This document shows positions 1-16,933 of a DNA stretch of 64,000 bases, piece by piece. The DNA comes from Escherichia phage 310Ecol104PP. Every line of letters starts with the position of its first letter. Position 1 is the stretch's first letter. A model generated the notes under the pieces. That model was not told the DNA's origin, did no database searches, and saw only the letters and a program-made list of their open reading frames with translations. The stretch lies in sequence record OR062946.1, one strand, 5' to 3'. The position numbers and the translations under genes are program-made.

Positions 1-1461
1 ACTGAAATCATTTATGATAAATTAACACCTATTATCATTTATGACAAAAATATAGATAGAAACCAAGTTAAACTATACGTTGATGGAGCAGAATGGATTA
101 ACTGGACAAGAAAGTCAATGGTTCATGCTGGTTCTACATCAACAATTTACTACATGCGTGAAACTATTGATGGAAATACTGAGTTTTATTTTGGTGAAGG
201 TGAGATTTCTGTTAACGCGGCAGAAGGAGCATTGACCGCTAATTATATTGGAGGTCTTAAACCTACTCAGAACTCTACGATTGTTATTGAGTACATCAGT
301 ACTAATGGTGCAGATGCGAATGGCGCAGTCGGATTTTCATATGCAGATACATTAACAAATATAACTGTCATCAACATTAATGAAAATCCAAACGATGACC
401 TAGATTTTGTTGGGGCAGATGGCGGCGGTGATCCAGAAGATATTGAGCGTATTCGCGAATTGGGTACTATTAAACGCGAAACCCAGCAACGCTGCGTAAC
501 TGCGACTGACTATGATACATTCGTTTCAGAGAGATTTGGTTCTATTATTCAAGCAGTTCAGACTTTCACTGATTCTACTAAACCTGGTTATGCATTTATT
601 GCTGCTAAACCTAAATCAGGGTTGTATTTAACTACTGTACAACGCGAAGATATTAAAAATTATCTCAAAGACTATAATTTAGCTCCTATTACGCCATCAA
701 TTATTTCTCCTAATTATCTTTTTATTAAGACTAATTTAAAAGTCACATATGCTTTAAATAAGCTGCAAGAATCCGAACAGTGGCTCGAAGGTCAAATAAT
801 TGATAAAATTGATCGTTATTATACCGAAGACGTAGAAATTTTTAACTCATCTTTCGCTAAATCTAAGATGTTGACATATGTAGATGATGCAGATCATTCT
901 ATCATTGGCTCATCAGCGACAATTCAAATTGTTCGTGAAGTACAAAACTTCTATAAAACGCCTGAAGCAGGTATTAAATACAATAATCAAATAAAAGATC
1001 GTTCTATGGAATCTAATACGTTTTCATTTAATTCCGGACGAAAGGTTGTAAATCCTGATACTGGTTTAGAAGAAGATGTATTATATGACGTTCGCATAGT
1101 ATCAACAGACCGAGATTCTAAAGGAATTGGTAAAGTTATTATTGGTCCATTTGCTTCTGGCGATGTTACAGAAAATGAAAACATTCAGCCGTATACAGGC
1201 AACGATTTTAACAAATTAGCAAATTCTGATGGACGCGACAAATACTATGTTATCGGTGAAATAAATTATCCAGCTGATGTGATTTATTGGAATATCGCTA
1301 AAATTAATTTAACATCTGAAAAATTTGAAGTTCAGACTATTGAATTATATTCTGACCCAACCGATGATGTTATCTTTACTCGCGATGGTTCACTGATTGT
1401 ATTTGAAAATGACTTACGTCCACAATACTTAACTATCGATTTGGAGCCTATATCACAATGA
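1..1461 (+). CDS. 6: baseplate wedge protein gp6, C-terminal part (5' end lies outside the window)
   Basis: Frame is open from nt 1 with no stop until 1461; ORF track reports it from the first ATG at 118; followed by gp7 to gp12 in T4 order. Confidence 0.85.
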   Translation, partial: TEIIYDKLTPIIIYDKNIDRNQVKLYVDGAEWINWTRKSMVHAGSTSTIYYMRETIDGNTEFYFGEGEISVNAAEGALTANYIGGLKPTQNSTIVIEYISTNGADANGAVGFSYADTLTNITVININENPNDDLDFVGADGGGDPEDIERIRELGTIKRETQQRCVTATDYDTFVSERFGSIIQAVQTFTDSTKPGYAFIAAKPKSGLYLTTVQREDIKNYLKDYNLAPITPSIISPNYLFIKTNLKVTYALNKLQESEQWLEGQIIDKIDRYYTEDVEIFNSSFAKSKMLTYVDDADHSIIGSSATIQIVREVQNFYKTPEAGIKYNNQIKDRSMESNTFSFNSGRKVVNPDTGLEEDVLYDVRIVSTDRDSKGIGKVIIGPFASGDVTENENIQPYTGNDFNKLANSDGRDKYYVIGEINYPADVIYWNIAKINLTSEKFEVQTIELYSDPTDDVIFTRDGSLIVFENDLRPQYLTIDLEPISQ

Positions 1462-4400
1462 CAGTAAAAGCACCTTCAGTCACTAGTCTCAGAATTTCCA
1501 AGTTATCCGCAAATCAGGTGCAAGTACGCTGGGATGACGTTGGTGCTAATTTCTACTATTTTGTAGAAATCGCTGAGACAAAAACAAACTCGGGGGAAAA
1601 TCTCCCGAGTGATCAATATCGTTGGATTAATTTAGGGTATACAGCAAATAATAGTTTCTTTTTTGATGATGCTGATCCACTAACATCATACATCATTAGA
1701 GTAGCTACAGCTGTACAAGATTTTGAGCAATCTGATTGGGTTTATACAGAAGAGTTTGAAACTTTTGCTACGAATGCTTACACATTTCAAAACATGATTG
1801 AAATGCAATTAGCCAATAAATTCATTCAGGAAAAATTTACTCTTAACAATTCTAATTATGTCAATTTTAATAATGACACTATAATGGCTGCATTGATGAA
1901 TGAATCGTTTCAATTCAGCCCATCATATGTTGATGTTTCATCAATCAGTAATTTTATTATTGGTGAAAATGAGTATCATGAAATACAAGGTTCTATTCAG
2001 CAAGTATGTAAGGATATTAACCGAGTTTATTTGATGGAATCAGAAGGGATTCTATATCTTTTTGAGCGCTATCAACCCGTAGTTAAAGTATCCAATGATA
2101 AAGGACAAACCTGGAAAGCTGTAAAGCTCTTCAATGACCGCGTAGGATATCCTTTATCTAAGACTGTATATTACCAATCTGCGAACACAACATACGTTCT
2201 AGGATACGACAAGGTCTTCTATGGCCGTAAATCTACTGATGTTAGATGGTCAGCTGATGATGTCAGATTTAGTTCACAGGATATAACATTTGCTAAATTA
2301 GGAGACCAACTTCATTTAGGATTCGATGTTGAAATCTTCGCTACTTATGCTACTTTACCAGCGAATGTATATCGCATTGCAGAAGCTATTACTTGCACCG
2401 ATGATTACATTTACGTTGTCGCCAGAGACAAAGTTAGATACATAAAAACGAGTAATGCACCTATAGATTCTGATCCATTATCTCCAACATATTCGGAAAG
2501 ACTTTTTGAACCTGATACCATGACTATAACTGGAAATCCTAAAGCAGTATGCTATAAAATGGATTCTATCGGTGATAAAGTTTTTGCTCTTATTATTGGT
2601 GAAGTTGAAACATTAAATGCTAATCCTAGAACATCAAAAATAATTGATTCCGCTGATAAAGGAATATATGTTTTAAATCATGACGAAAAAACATGGAAAA
2701 GAGTTTTTGGTAATACCGAAGAAGAAAGAAGACGTATTCAACCCGGATATGCGAATATGTCAACTGACGGTAAATTAGTTTCTCTATCATCGAGTAATTT
2801 TAAATTTTTAAGTGATAATGTTGTTAATGACCCTGAAACTACAGCAAAATATCAGTTAATCGGTGCTGTTAAATATGAATTTCCTCGTGAATGGTTAGCT
2901 GATAAGCATTATCATATGATGGCATTTATAGCAGATGAAAAGTCTGATTGGGAAACTTTTACTCCTCAGCCGATGAAATACTATGCAGAACCATTCTTTA
3001 ACTGGTCTAAAAAATCTAACACACGTTGTTGGATAAACAACTCTGATAGGGTTGTAGTAGTTTATGCTGATTTAAAATACACTAAAGTTATAGAAAATAT
3101 TCCGGAAACATCACCAGATAGATTAGTTCATGAATACTGGGACGATGGCGATTGCACTATAGTAATGCCAAATGTTAAATTCACTGGATTTAAAAAATAT
3201 GCATCTGGGATGCTTTTCTATAAAGCCTCTGGTGAAATAATTTCTTACTATGATTTTAACTATCGTGTTAGAGACACTGTCGAAATTATTTGGAAGCCAA
3301 CTGAAGTATTTTTAAAAGCATTTTTACAAAACCAAGAGCATGAAACTCCTTGGTCGCCTGAAGAAGAGCGTGGATTAGCTGACCCTGATTTAAGACCATT
3401 GATTGGCACAATGATGCCTGATTCTTATTTGTTACAGGATTCGAATTTTGAGGCATTTTGCGAAGCATATATTCAATATCTTTCTGATGGATATGGAACT
3501 CAGTATAACAATTTACGAAATTTAATTCGTAACAAATATCCACGAGAAGAGCATGCATGGGAATATTTGTGGTCAGAGATATATAAAAGAAACATTTATT
3601 TAAATGCTGACAAACGTGATGCTGTTACAAGATTTTTCGAATCACGTAGCTATGATTTTTATTCTACTAAAGGAATTGAAGCATCATATAAATTTCTTTT
3701 TAAAGTTCTTTATAATGAAGAAGTTGAAATTGAAATTGAATCTGGGGCTGGTACTGAATATGATATAATCGTTCAATCTGATTCTTTGACTGAAGACTTA
3801 GTAGGACAAACGATTTATACAGCTACAGGAAGATGTAATGTTACTTATATAGAAAGAAGTTATTCTAACGGTAAATTGCAATGGACCGTAACTATTCATA
3901 ATCTTTTGGGAAGATTAATTGCCGGTCAAGAAGTTAAAGCAGAAAGACTCCCTAGTTTTGAAGGCGAAATTATTCGCGGGGTTAAAGGGAAGGATTTGCT
4001 TCAAAATAATATAGACTATATTAATAGAAGTCGATCATATTATGTAATGAAAATTAAATCCAATTTACCTTCTTCCCGCTGGAAATCTGACGTTATTCGT
4101 TTTGTTCATCCAGTAGGATTTGGATTTATAGCAATTACTCTTTTAACAATGTTTATTAATGTTGGTTTAACTCTTAAACATACAGAGACTATAATTAATA
4201 AATACAAAAACTATAAATGGGATTCTGGATTGCCTACTGAATATGCTGATAGAGTAGCTAAATTAACTCCAGCTGGTGAAATTGAACATGATCCAGTAAC
4301 AGGCGAAGCAATTTATGAACCTGGTCCAAAGGCTGGTGTAAAATATCCTCTTCCTGATGACTATAATGCTGAAAATAATAATTCAATATTTCAAGGTCAA

Positions 4401-4556
4401 TTGCCGTCTGAACGACGTAAATTAATGAGTCCTTTATTTGATGCATCTGGAACAACATTTGCGCAATTTAGAGATTTAGTTAATAAACGTTTAAAAGATA
4501 ATATAGGAAATCCAAGAGACCCTGAAAATCCAACACAGGTTAAAATAGATGAATGA
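1458..4556 (+). CDS. 7: baseplate wedge protein gp7
   Basis: 1032 aa ORF, same length as T4 gp7; 4-nt overlap with upstream gene; synteny. Confidence 0.9.
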   Translation: MTVKAPSVTSLRISKLSANQVQVRWDDVGANFYYFVEIAETKTNSGENLPSDQYRWINLGYTANNSFFFDDADPLTSYIIRVATAVQDFEQSDWVYTEEFETFATNAYTFQNMIEMQLANKFIQEKFTLNNSNYVNFNNDTIMAALMNESFQFSPSYVDVSSISNFIIGENEYHEIQGSIQQVCKDINRVYLMESEGILYLFERYQPVVKVSNDKGQTWKAVKLFNDRVGYPLSKTVYYQSANTTYVLGYDKVFYGRKSTDVRWSADDVRFSSQDITFAKLGDQLHLGFDVEIFATYATLPANVYRIAEAITCTDDYIYVVARDKVRYIKTSNAPIDSDPLSPTYSERLFEPDTMTITGNPKAVCYKMDSIGDKVFALIIGEVETLNANPRTSKIIDSADKGIYVLNHDEKTWKRVFGNTEEERRRIQPGYANMSTDGKLVSLSSSNFKFLSDNVVNDPETTAKYQLIGAVKYEFPREWLADKHYHMMAFIADEKSDWETFTPQPMKYYAEPFFNWSKKSNTRCWINNSDRVVVVYADLKYTKVIENIPETSPDRLVHEYWDDGDCTIVMPNVKFTGFKKYASGMLFYKASGEIISYYDFNYRVRDTVEIIWKPTEVFLKAFLQNQEHETPWSPEEERGLADPDLRPLIGTMMPDSYLLQDSNFEAFCEAYIQYLSDGYGTQYNNLRNLIRNKYPREEHAWEYLWSEIYKRNIYLNADKRDAVTRFFESRSYDFYSTKGIEASYKFLFKVLYNEEVEIEIESGAGTEYDIIVQSDSLTEDLVGQTIYTATGRCNVTYIERSYSNGKLQWTVTIHNLLGRLIAGQEVKAERLPSFEGEIIRGVKGKDLLQNNIDYINRSRSYYVMKIKSNLPSSRWKSDVIRFVHPVGFGFIAITLLTMFINVGLTLKHTETIINKYKNYKWDSGLPTEYADRVAKLTPAGEIEHDPVTGEAIYEPGPKAGVKYPLPDDYNAENNNSIFQGQLPSERRKLMSPLFDASGTTFAQFRDLVNKRLKDNIGNPRDPENPTQVKIDE

Positions 4557-5553
4557 TTCAAGTGTTATCTATCGTGCGATAGTTACTTCAAAATTTAGAA
4601 CAGAAAAAATGTTGAATTTTTATAATTCAATTGGAAGTGGTCCGGATAAAAACACTATCTTTATCACATTTGGAAGATCAGAACCGTGGTCATCAAATGA
4701 AAATGAGGCGGGCTTTGCCCCGCCTTATCCCACTGATTCTGTATTAGGTGTAACTGACATGTGGACGCATATGATGGGAACCGTGAAGGTTCTTCCATCT
4801 ATGCTTGATGCAGTTATTCCTCGTCGAGATTGGGGAGATACTCGATATCCTGATCCATACACATTTAGAATTAATGACATTGTAGTGTGTAACTCAGCTC
4901 CTTACAACGCTACTGAATCAGGCGCAGGCTGGTTAGTATATCGTTGTTTAGATGTTCCTGATACCGGAATGTGTTCAATCGCATCTTTAACTGATAAAGA
5001 TGAATGCCTTAAGTTAGGTGGAAAATGGACTCCTTCTGCTAGGTCAATGACTCCTCCTGAAGGTCGAGGAGACGCGGAAGGAACAATTGAACCTGGAGAC
5101 GGATATGTTTGGGAATATCTTTTTGAGATTCCGCCTGATGTGTCTATAAATAGATGCACGAATGAATATATCGTGGTTCCTTGGCCTGAGGAATTAAAAG
5201 AAGACCCGACTAGATGGGGATATGAAGATAATCTCACATGGCAGCAAGATGATTTTGGATTAATTTACCGGGTTAAGGCAAATACTATTCGTTTTAAAGC
5301 ATATTTAGATTCAGTTTATTTTCCTGAAGCTGCATTGCCGGGAAATAAAGGATTTAGACAAATATCAATAATCACGAATCCTCTTGAAGCTAAAGCTCAT
5401 CCAAATGACCCAAACGTTAAAGCTGAAAAGGATTATTATGATCCGGAAGATTTAATGAGGCATTCGGGCGAAATGATTTATATGGAAAATAGGCCACCTA
5501 TTATCATGGCAATGGATCAAACAGAAGAAATCAATATTCTGTTTACATTTTAA
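4549..5553 (+). CDS. 8: baseplate wedge protein gp8
   Basis: 334 aa, T4 gp8 length; synteny; followed by hairpin terminator. Confidence 0.9.
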   Translation: MNDSSVIYRAIVTSKFRTEKMLNFYNSIGSGPDKNTIFITFGRSEPWSSNENEAGFAPPYPTDSVLGVTDMWTHMMGTVKVLPSMLDAVIPRRDWGDTRYPDPYTFRINDIVVCNSAPYNATESGAGWLVYRCLDVPDTGMCSIASLTDKDECLKLGGKWTPSARSMTPPEGRGDAEGTIEPGDGYVWEYLFEIPPDVSINRCTNEYIVVPWPEELKEDPTRWGYEDNLTWQQDDFGLIYRVKANTIRFKAYLDSVYFPEAALPGNKGFRQISIITNPLEAKAHPNDPNVKAEKDYYDPEDLMRHSGEMIYMENRPPIIMAMDQTEEINILFTF

Positions 5554-5556
5554 CTT

Positions 5557-5585
5557 AAGGGAGCCCATGGGCTCCCTTTTTCTTT
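5557..5585 (+). terminator. intrinsic terminator after gene 8
   Basis: AAGGGAGCCC-ATG-GGCTCCCTT hairpin followed by a T-run. Confidence 0.7.
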
Positions 5586-5592
5586 ATAAATA
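5585..5592 (+). promoter_or_regulatory. late promoter (TATAAATA) for gene 9
   Basis: Exact TATAAATA about 25 nt upstream of the gene 9 ATG. Confidence 0.7.
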
Positions 5593-5616
5593 CTATAAAC
5601 TCATAAGGAAACCGCT

Positions 5617-6483
5617 ATGTTCATTCAAGAACCAAAGAAATTGATTGATACCGGCGAAATTGGTAACGCTTCTACTGGTGATATCTTATTCGACGGTGGT
5701 AATAAAATTAATAGTGATTTTAACGCAATTTATAATGCGTTTGGCGATCAGCGCAAAATGGCAGTAGCAAATGGCACTGGAGCAGATGGTCAAATTATCC
5801 ACGCTACTGGATATTATCAAAAACACTCTATTGCGGAGTACGCAACTCCAGTAAAAGTTGGCACTAGACATGATATTGATACCTCTACTGTAGGTGTTAA
5901 AGTTATCATTGAAAGAGGTGAACTTGGTGATTGCGTTGAATTTATTAACTCAAATGGATCTATATCAGTTACTAATCCTTTAACGATTCAAGCGATTGAT
6001 TCAATTAAAGGTGTTTCTGGTAATTTAGTAGTAACTAGCCCATATAGTAAAGTAACTTTACGTTGTATTTCATCTGATAATTCTACATCAGTTTGGAATT
6101 ATTCTATTGAAAGTATGTTTGGACAAAAGGAATCACCTGCTGAAGGTACATGGAATATTTCTACATCCGGATCAGTTGATATTCCACTATTTCATCGTAC
6201 TGAATATAACATGGCTAAATTGTTAGTTACATGTCAATCGGTAGATGGAAGAAAAATTAAAACGGCAGAAATAAATATTCTTGTGGATACTGTTAATTCA
6301 GAGGTCATTTCTTCTGAATATGCTGTCATGCGAGTTGGGAATGAAACCGAAGAAGACGAAATCGCTAATATTGCATTTAGTATTAAAGAAAATTATGTAA
6401 CGGCGACTATAAGTTCTCCAACTGTCGGTATGAGAGCAGCAGTTAAAGTTATCGCTACGCAGAAAATCGGGGTGGCTCAATAA
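5617..6483 (+). CDS. 9: baseplate wedge / long tail fiber socket protein gp9
   Basis: 288 aa, T4 gp9 length; TATAAATA late promoter about 25 nt upstream. Confidence 0.9.
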   Translation: MFIQEPKKLIDTGEIGNASTGDILFDGGNKINSDFNAIYNAFGDQRKMAVANGTGADGQIIHATGYYQKHSIAEYATPVKVGTRHDIDTSTVGVKVIIERGELGDCVEFINSNGSISVTNPLTIQAIDSIKGVSGNLVVTSPYSKVTLRCISSDNSTSVWNYSIESMFGQKESPAEGTWNISTSGSVDIPLFHRTEYNMAKLLVTCQSVDGRKIKTAEINILVDTVNSEVISSEYAVMRVGNETEEDEIANIAFSIKENYVTATISSPTVGMRAAVKVIATQKIGVAQ

Positions 6484-8291
6484 TGAAACAAAATATTAAT
6501 ATCGGTAATGTTGTTGATGATGGTACCGGTGACTACCTGCGTAAAGGTGGTATAAAAATAAATGAAAACTTTGATGAGCTTTATTACGAGCTTGGTGATG
6601 GAGATGTTCCATATTCAGCCGGTGCCTGGAAAACTTATGATGCTTCATCTGGTCAAACATTAAAAGCTGAGTGGGGAAAATCATACGCTATTAATACCTC
6701 TTCTGGAAGAGTGACTATAAATCTTCCAAAAGGAACTGTCAATGATTACAACAAGGTAATTAGAGCTAGAGACGTATTTGCTACATGGAACGTCAACCCA
6801 GTTACATTAGTAGCTGCTTCCGGCGATACGATTAAAGGGTCTGCAGTACCAGTTGAAATTAATGTTCAATTCAGCGATTTGGAATTAGTGTATTGCGCCC
6901 CAGGACGTTGGGAATATGTCAAAAATAAACAAATTGACAAAATTACCAGTTCAGACATTAGTAATGTAGCTCGTAAAGAATTTTTAGTCGAAGTCCAAGG
7001 ACAAACAGACTTTTTAGATGTTTTCCGTGGAACTAGTTATAATGTAAATAACATCAGAGTAAAACATCGTGGTAACGAATTGTATTACGGCGATGTATTT
7101 AGTGAAAACAGTGATTTTGGCTCTCCGGGCGAAAATGAAGGCGAATTAGTTCCTCTTGATGGATTTAATATTCGATTAAGACAGCCTTGTAATATTGGTG
7201 ACACTGTTCAAATTGAAACATTTATGGACGGTGTATCACAGTGGAGAAGTTCATACACAAGACGCCAAATTAGACTGTTAGATTCAAAATTAACGTCAAA
7301 AACTTCTTTAGAAGGAAGCATTTACGTTACTGATTTATCAACAATGAAATCAATTCCATTTTCAGCTTTTGGATTAATTCCAGGTGAACCTATTAATCCT
7401 AATTCTCTCGAGGTTCGTTTTAATGGAATTTTACAAGAATTGGCCGGAACAGTTGGAATGCCATTATTTCATTGTGTTGGTGCTGATTCAGACGATGAAG
7501 TAGAATGCGCTGTTCTAGGTGGAACTTGGGAACAGTCTCATACCGATTACTCAGTTGAAACTGATGAAAACGGCATACCGGAAATTTTACATTTCGATAG
7601 AGTATTTGAGCATGGTGACATTATCAATATCACCTGGTTTAATAATGATTTAGGTACATTATTAACAAAAGATGAGATTATTGATGAAACTGATAATCTC
7701 TATGTATCACAAGGACCGGGAGTAGATATTTCTGGTGATGTAAATTTAACAGACTTCGATAAAATTGGTTGGCCAAATGTAGAAGCAGTTCAATCCTATC
7801 AACGCGAATTTAATGCTGTTTCAAATATCTTTGATACGATTTATCCTATCGGAACTATATATGAAAACGCTGTTAATCCAAATAACCCTGTTACATATAT
7901 GGGATTCGGCTCATGGAAATTATTTGGGCAAGGAAAAGTTTTAGTTGGATGGAATGAAGATATTTCGGACCCTAACTTTGCTCTAAATAACAACGATTTA
8001 GATTCTGGCGGAAATCCTTCGCATACTGCAGGTGGAACAGGTGGTTCTACTTCTGTTACATTGGAAAATGCTAATCTTCCTGCAACTGAAACAGATGAAG
8101 AAGTTCTAATAGTTGATGAAAATGGATCAGTCATTGTTGGTGGGTGTCAATACGATCCAGATGAATCCGGTCCAATTTACACTAAATACCGTGAAGCTAA
8201 AGCATCTACTAACTCTACTCACACTCCGCCAACATCAATAACTAACATTCAACCATATATTACAGTTTATCGTTGGATAAGGATTGCATAA
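6483..8291 (+). CDS. 10: baseplate wedge protein gp10
   Basis: 602 aa, T4 gp10 length; synteny. Confidence 0.9.
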   Translation: MKQNINIGNVVDDGTGDYLRKGGIKINENFDELYYELGDGDVPYSAGAWKTYDASSGQTLKAEWGKSYAINTSSGRVTINLPKGTVNDYNKVIRARDVFATWNVNPVTLVAASGDTIKGSAVPVEINVQFSDLELVYCAPGRWEYVKNKQIDKITSSDISNVARKEFLVEVQGQTDFLDVFRGTSYNVNNIRVKHRGNELYYGDVFSENSDFGSPGENEGELVPLDGFNIRLRQPCNIGDTVQIETFMDGVSQWRSSYTRRQIRLLDSKLTSKTSLEGSIYVTDLSTMKSIPFSAFGLIPGEPINPNSLEVRFNGILQELAGTVGMPLFHCVGADSDDEVECAVLGGTWEQSHTDYSVETDENGIPEILHFDRVFEHGDIINITWFNNDLGTLLTKDEIIDETDNLYVSQGPGVDISGDVNLTDFDKIGWPNVEAVQSYQREFNAVSNIFDTIYPIGTIYENAVNPNNPVTYMGFGSWKLFGQGKVLVGWNEDISDPNFALNNNDLDSGGNPSHTAGGTGGSTSVTLENANLPATETDEEVLIVDENGSVIVGGCQYDPDESGPIYTKYREAKASTNSTHTPPTSITNIQPYITVYRWIRIA

Positions 8292-8950
8292 TGAGTTTAC
8301 TTAATAATAAAGCGGGAGTTATTTCCCGCTTAGCCGATTTTCTTGGTTTTAGACCTAAAACTGGCGACATCGATGTAATGAATCGTCAATCAGTTGGGTC
8401 AGTGACAATTTCTCAATTAGCGAAAGGATTTTATGAACCAAACATAGAATCAGCTATTAATGATGTTCATAATTTTTCTATAAAAGACGTTGGTACAATT
8501 ATTACTAATAAAACTGGTGTTTCTCCTGAGGGTGTTTCTCAAACTGATTATTGGGCATTTTCAGGAACTGTGACAGATGATTCGCTTCCTCCTGGTTCTC
8601 CTGTTACTGTATTAGTATTTGGTCTTCCAGTTTCAGCAACAACTGGAATGACAGCTATTGAGTTTGTCGCCAAAGTTCGTGTTGCACTGCAAGAAGCTAT
8701 TTCGTCATTTACTGCTATCAATTCATATAAAGACCATCCAACCGATGGTAGTAAATTAGAAGTTACTTATTTAGATAATCAGAAACATGTATTAAGCACA
8801 TATTCTACATATGGAATAACTATTTCCCAAGAAATTATTTCCGAATCTAAGCCTGGATATGGCACATGGAATTTGCTTGGTGCACAAACTGTAACTTTAG
8901 ATAATCAGCAAACTCCAATAGTACTTTATCATTTTGAGAGAACAGCATGA
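8291..8950 (+). CDS. 11: baseplate wedge protein gp11 (short tail fiber attachment)
   Basis: Start moved to the ATG at 8291 giving 219 aa beginning [10 protein letters not shown]; the track start at 8273 is upstream; overlaps gp10 stop (TAATG). Confidence 0.9.
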   Translation: MSLLNNKAGVISRLADFLGFRPKTGDIDVMNRQSVGSVTISQLAKGFYEPNIESAINDVHNFSIKDVGTIITNKTGVSPEGVSQTDYWAFSGTVTDDSLPPGSPVTVLVFGLPVSATTGMTAIEFVAKVRVALQEAISSFTAINSYKDHPTDGSKLEVTYLDNQKHVLSTYSTYGITISQEIISESKPGYGTWNLLGAQTVTLDNQQTPIVLYHFERTA

Positions 8951-10530
8951 GTAATAATACATACCAACACGTTTCTAATGAATCTCGCTATGTAAAATTT
9001 GATCCAACTGGCACAAATTTTCCAGCAGAGATTACTGATGTTCAGGCTGCTATAGCAGCCATTTCTCCTGCTGGTGTAAATGGAGTTCCTGATGCATCAT
9101 CAACAACAAAAGGAATTTTATTTCTTGCTACAGAACAGGAAGTTATCGATGGAACTGATAATACAAAGGCAGTTACACCAGCAACATTGGCAACAAGATT
9201 ATCTTATCCAAACGCAACTGAAACTGTTTATGGATTAACAAGATATTCAACCAATGACGAAGCAATTGCGGGAGTTAATAATGAATCTTCTATAACTCCT
9301 GCTAAATTTACTGTTGCCCTTAATAATGCCTTTGAAACTCGTGTTTCAACTGAATCGAAGAATGGAGTTATTAAAATTTCATCTCTACCGCAAGCATTAG
9401 CTGGCGCAGATGATACTACTGCAATGACTCCATTAAAAACGCAGCAGTTAGCTATTAAATTAATTGCGCAAATTGCTCCTTCTGAAACCACAGCTACCGA
9501 ATCGGACCAAGGTGTTGTTCAATTAGCAACAGTAGCGCAGGTTCGTCAGGGAACTTTAAGAGAAGGCTATGCAATTTCTCCTTATACGTTTATGAATTCA
9601 TCTGCTACTGAAGAATATAAAGGCGTAATTAAATTAGGAACACAATCAGAAGTTAACTCGAATAATGCTTCTGTTGCGGTTACTGGCGCAACTCTTAATG
9701 GTCGTGGTTCTACAACGTCAATGAGAGGCGTAGTTAGATTAACAACAACGGCCGGTTCACAGAGTGGAGGAGATGCTTCATCAGCCTTAGCTTGGAATGC
9801 TGACGTTATCCACCAAAGAGGCGGTCAAACTATCAATGGAACACTTCGCATTAATAACACGCTTACAATAGCTTCAGGTGGAGCAAATATTACCGGAACA
9901 GTTAACATGACCGGTGGTTATATTCAAGGTAAGCGTGTCGTAACACAAAATGAAATTGATAGAACTATTCCTGTCGGAGCTATTATGATGTGGGCCGCTG
10001 ATAGTCTTCCTAGTGATGCTTGGCGTTTTTGCCACGGTGGAACTGTTTCAGCGTCGGATTGCCCATTATATGCTTCTAGAATTGGAACAAGATACGGCGG
10101 AAGCTCATCAAATCCCGGATTGCCTGACATGCGTGGTCTTTTTGTTCGTGGTTCTGGTCGTGGCTCTCACTTAACAAATCCAAATGTTAATGGTAATGAC
10201 CAATTTGGTAAACCTAGATTAGGTGTAGGTTGTACTGGTGGATATGTTGGTGAAGTACAGAAACAGCAGATGTCTTATCATAAACATGCTGGTGGATTTG
10301 GTGAGCATGATGATTCTGGGGCATTCGGTAATACCCGTAGATCAAATTTTGTTGGTACACGTAAAGGACTTGACTGGGATAACCGTTCATACTTCACCAA
10401 TGATGGATATGAAATTGACCCGGCATCGCAGCGAAATTCCAAATATACGTTAAATCGCCCTGAATTAATTGGAAATGAAACACGTCCATGGAACATTTCT
10501 TTAAACTACATAATTAAGGTAAAAGAATGA
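8947..10530 (+). CDS. 12: short tail fiber protein gp12
   Basis: 527 aa, T4 gp12 length; position between 11 and wac. Confidence 0.9.
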   Translation: MSNNTYQHVSNESRYVKFDPTGTNFPAEITDVQAAIAAISPAGVNGVPDASSTTKGILFLATEQEVIDGTDNTKAVTPATLATRLSYPNATETVYGLTRYSTNDEAIAGVNNESSITPAKFTVALNNAFETRVSTESKNGVIKISSLPQALAGADDTTAMTPLKTQQLAIKLIAQIAPSETTATESDQGVVQLATVAQVRQGTLREGYAISPYTFMNSSATEEYKGVIKLGTQSEVNSNNASVAVTGATLNGRGSTTSMRGVVRLTTTAGSQSGGDASSALAWNADVIHQRGGQTINGTLRINNTLTIASGGANITGTVNMTGGYIQGKRVVTQNEIDRTIPVGAIMMWAADSLPSDAWRFCHGGTVSASDCPLYASRIGTRYGGSSSNPGLPDMRGLFVRGSGRGSHLTNPNVNGNDQFGKPRLGVGCTGGYVGEVQKQQMSYHKHAGGFGEHDDSGAFGNTRRSNFVGTRKGLDWDNRSYFTNDGYEIDPASQRNSKYTLNRPELIGNETRPWNISLNYIIKVKE

Positions 10531-11990
10531 CAGATATTGTACTGAATGACTTACCATTCGTTGACGGCCCTCCTGCAGAGGGCCAGAGCCGCATTTCCTG
10601 GATTAAAAACGGCGAAGAAATATTAGGAGCTGACACACAGTATGGAAGCGAAGGTTCAATGAATAGACCTACAGTTTCTGTACTAAGAAATGTTGAAGTT
10701 CTTGATAAAAACATTGGAATACTTAAAACATCTTTAGAAACCGCAAATAGTGATATTAAAACAATTCAGGGCATCTTAGATGTATCTGGTGATATTGAAG
10801 CTTTGGCCCAAATAAGTATCAATAAAAATGATATTTCTGACCTTAAAACGCTAACCAGTGAACATACAGAAATATTAAATGGGACTAATAGTACAGTTGA
10901 CAGCATTCTTGCTGATATTGGTCCATTTAACTCCGAGGCCAACTCTGTATACAGAACGATCAGAAATGATTTACTATGGATAAAGCGTGAACTTGGACAA
11001 TACACAGGTCAAGATATTAATGGTCTTCCTGTTGTAGGAAATCCTAGTAGTGGAATGAAGCATCGCATTATTAATAATACTGATGTCATTACTTCACAGG
11101 GAATACGTTTAAGCGAATTAGAAACAAAATTTATTGAATCTGATGTAGGTTCTTTGACTATTGAAGTTGGTAATCTTCGCGAAGAGCTTGGACCAAAACC
11201 ACCGTCATTTTCACAGAACGTTTACAGTCGTTTAAATGAAATTGACACTAAACAGACAACAGTTGAGTCTGACATTAGTGCTATTAAGACCTCAATAGGA
11301 TATCCAGGAAATAATTCGATTATCACGAGTGTTAATACAAACACTGATAATATTGCATCTATTAATTTAGAGCTAAATCAAAGTGGAGGTATTAAACAAC
11401 GTTTAACCGTTATTGAAACTTCTATTGGTTCAGACGATATTCCTTCGAGTATTAAAGGCCAAATTAAAGATAATACAACTTCAATCGAATCTTTAAATGG
11501 AATCGTCGGTGAAAACACTTCATCTGGTTTAAGAGCGAATGTTTCATGGTTAAACCAAATTGTTGGAACTGATTCTAGTGGTGGACAACCTTCTCCTCCT
11601 GGGTCTCTTTTAAACCGAGTTTCTACAATTGAAACTTCTGTTTCAGGCTTGAATAATGATGTTCAAAACCTACAAGTAGAGATTGGTAATAACAGCACAG
11701 GAATTAAAGGGCAAGTTGTAGCGTTAAATACTTTAGTAAATGGAACTAATCCAAACGGTTCAACTGTTGAAGAACGCGGATTAACCAATTCAATAAAAGC
11801 TAACGAAACCAACATTGCATCAGTTACACAAGAAGTGAATGCAGCTAAAGGCAATATATCTTCTTTACAAGGCGATGTTCAAGCTCTCCAAGAAGCCGGT
11901 TATATTCCTGAAGCGCCAAGAGATGGGCAAGCTTACGTTCGTAAAGACGGCGAATGGGTATTGCTTTCTACCTTTTTATCACCAGCATAA
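10527..11990 (+). CDS. wac: fibritin (whisker/neck protein)
   Basis: 487 aa; C-terminal foldon sequence [27 protein letters not shown]; long repetitive coiled-coil-like body. Confidence 0.95.
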   Translation: MTDIVLNDLPFVDGPPAEGQSRISWIKNGEEILGADTQYGSEGSMNRPTVSVLRNVEVLDKNIGILKTSLETANSDIKTIQGILDVSGDIEALAQISINKNDISDLKTLTSEHTEILNGTNSTVDSILADIGPFNSEANSVYRTIRNDLLWIKRELGQYTGQDINGLPVVGNPSSGMKHRIINNTDVITSQGIRLSELETKFIESDVGSLTIEVGNLREELGPKPPSFSQNVYSRLNEIDTKQTTVESDISAIKTSIGYPGNNSIITSVNTNTDNIASINLELNQSGGIKQRLTVIETSIGSDDIPSSIKGQIKDNTTSIESLNGIVGENTSSGLRANVSWLNQIVGTDSSGGQPSPPGSLLNRVSTIETSVSGLNNDVQNLQVEIGNNSTGIKGQVVALNTLVNGTNPNGSTVEERGLTNSIKANETNIASVTQEVNAAKGNISSLQGDVQALQEAGYIPEAPRDGQAYVRKDGEWVLLSTFLSPA

Positions 11991-11994
11991 CATG

Positions 11995-12010
11995 GGGCCG
12001 CAAGGCCCCA
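11995..12010 (+). other. stable hairpin with GCAA loop between wac and gene 13
   Basis: GGGGCC-GCAA-GGCCCC; no T-run follows, so probably an RNA stability or processing element rather than a terminator. Confidence 0.5.
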
Positions 12011-12021
12011 AAGGATTTTAA

Positions 12022-13723
<1,702 letters not shown>

Positions 13724-13764
13724 TAAATATTATAAACTAATTAAAGCCCAGATTAGGAGAAATC

Positions 13765-16905
<3,141 letters not shown>

Positions 16906-16933
16906 TATTAAAGCATATTAAAGAGGATTAAAA

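Noticed and set aside
987-1184. Short antisense ORFs inside conserved structural genes (also 3286-3558, 4258-4458, 9228-9491, 22642-22986, 23495-23893 and similar)
   Set aside because: Fully embedded opposite to long conserved genes, no ribosome-binding sites, typical of A+T-rich phage coding sequence
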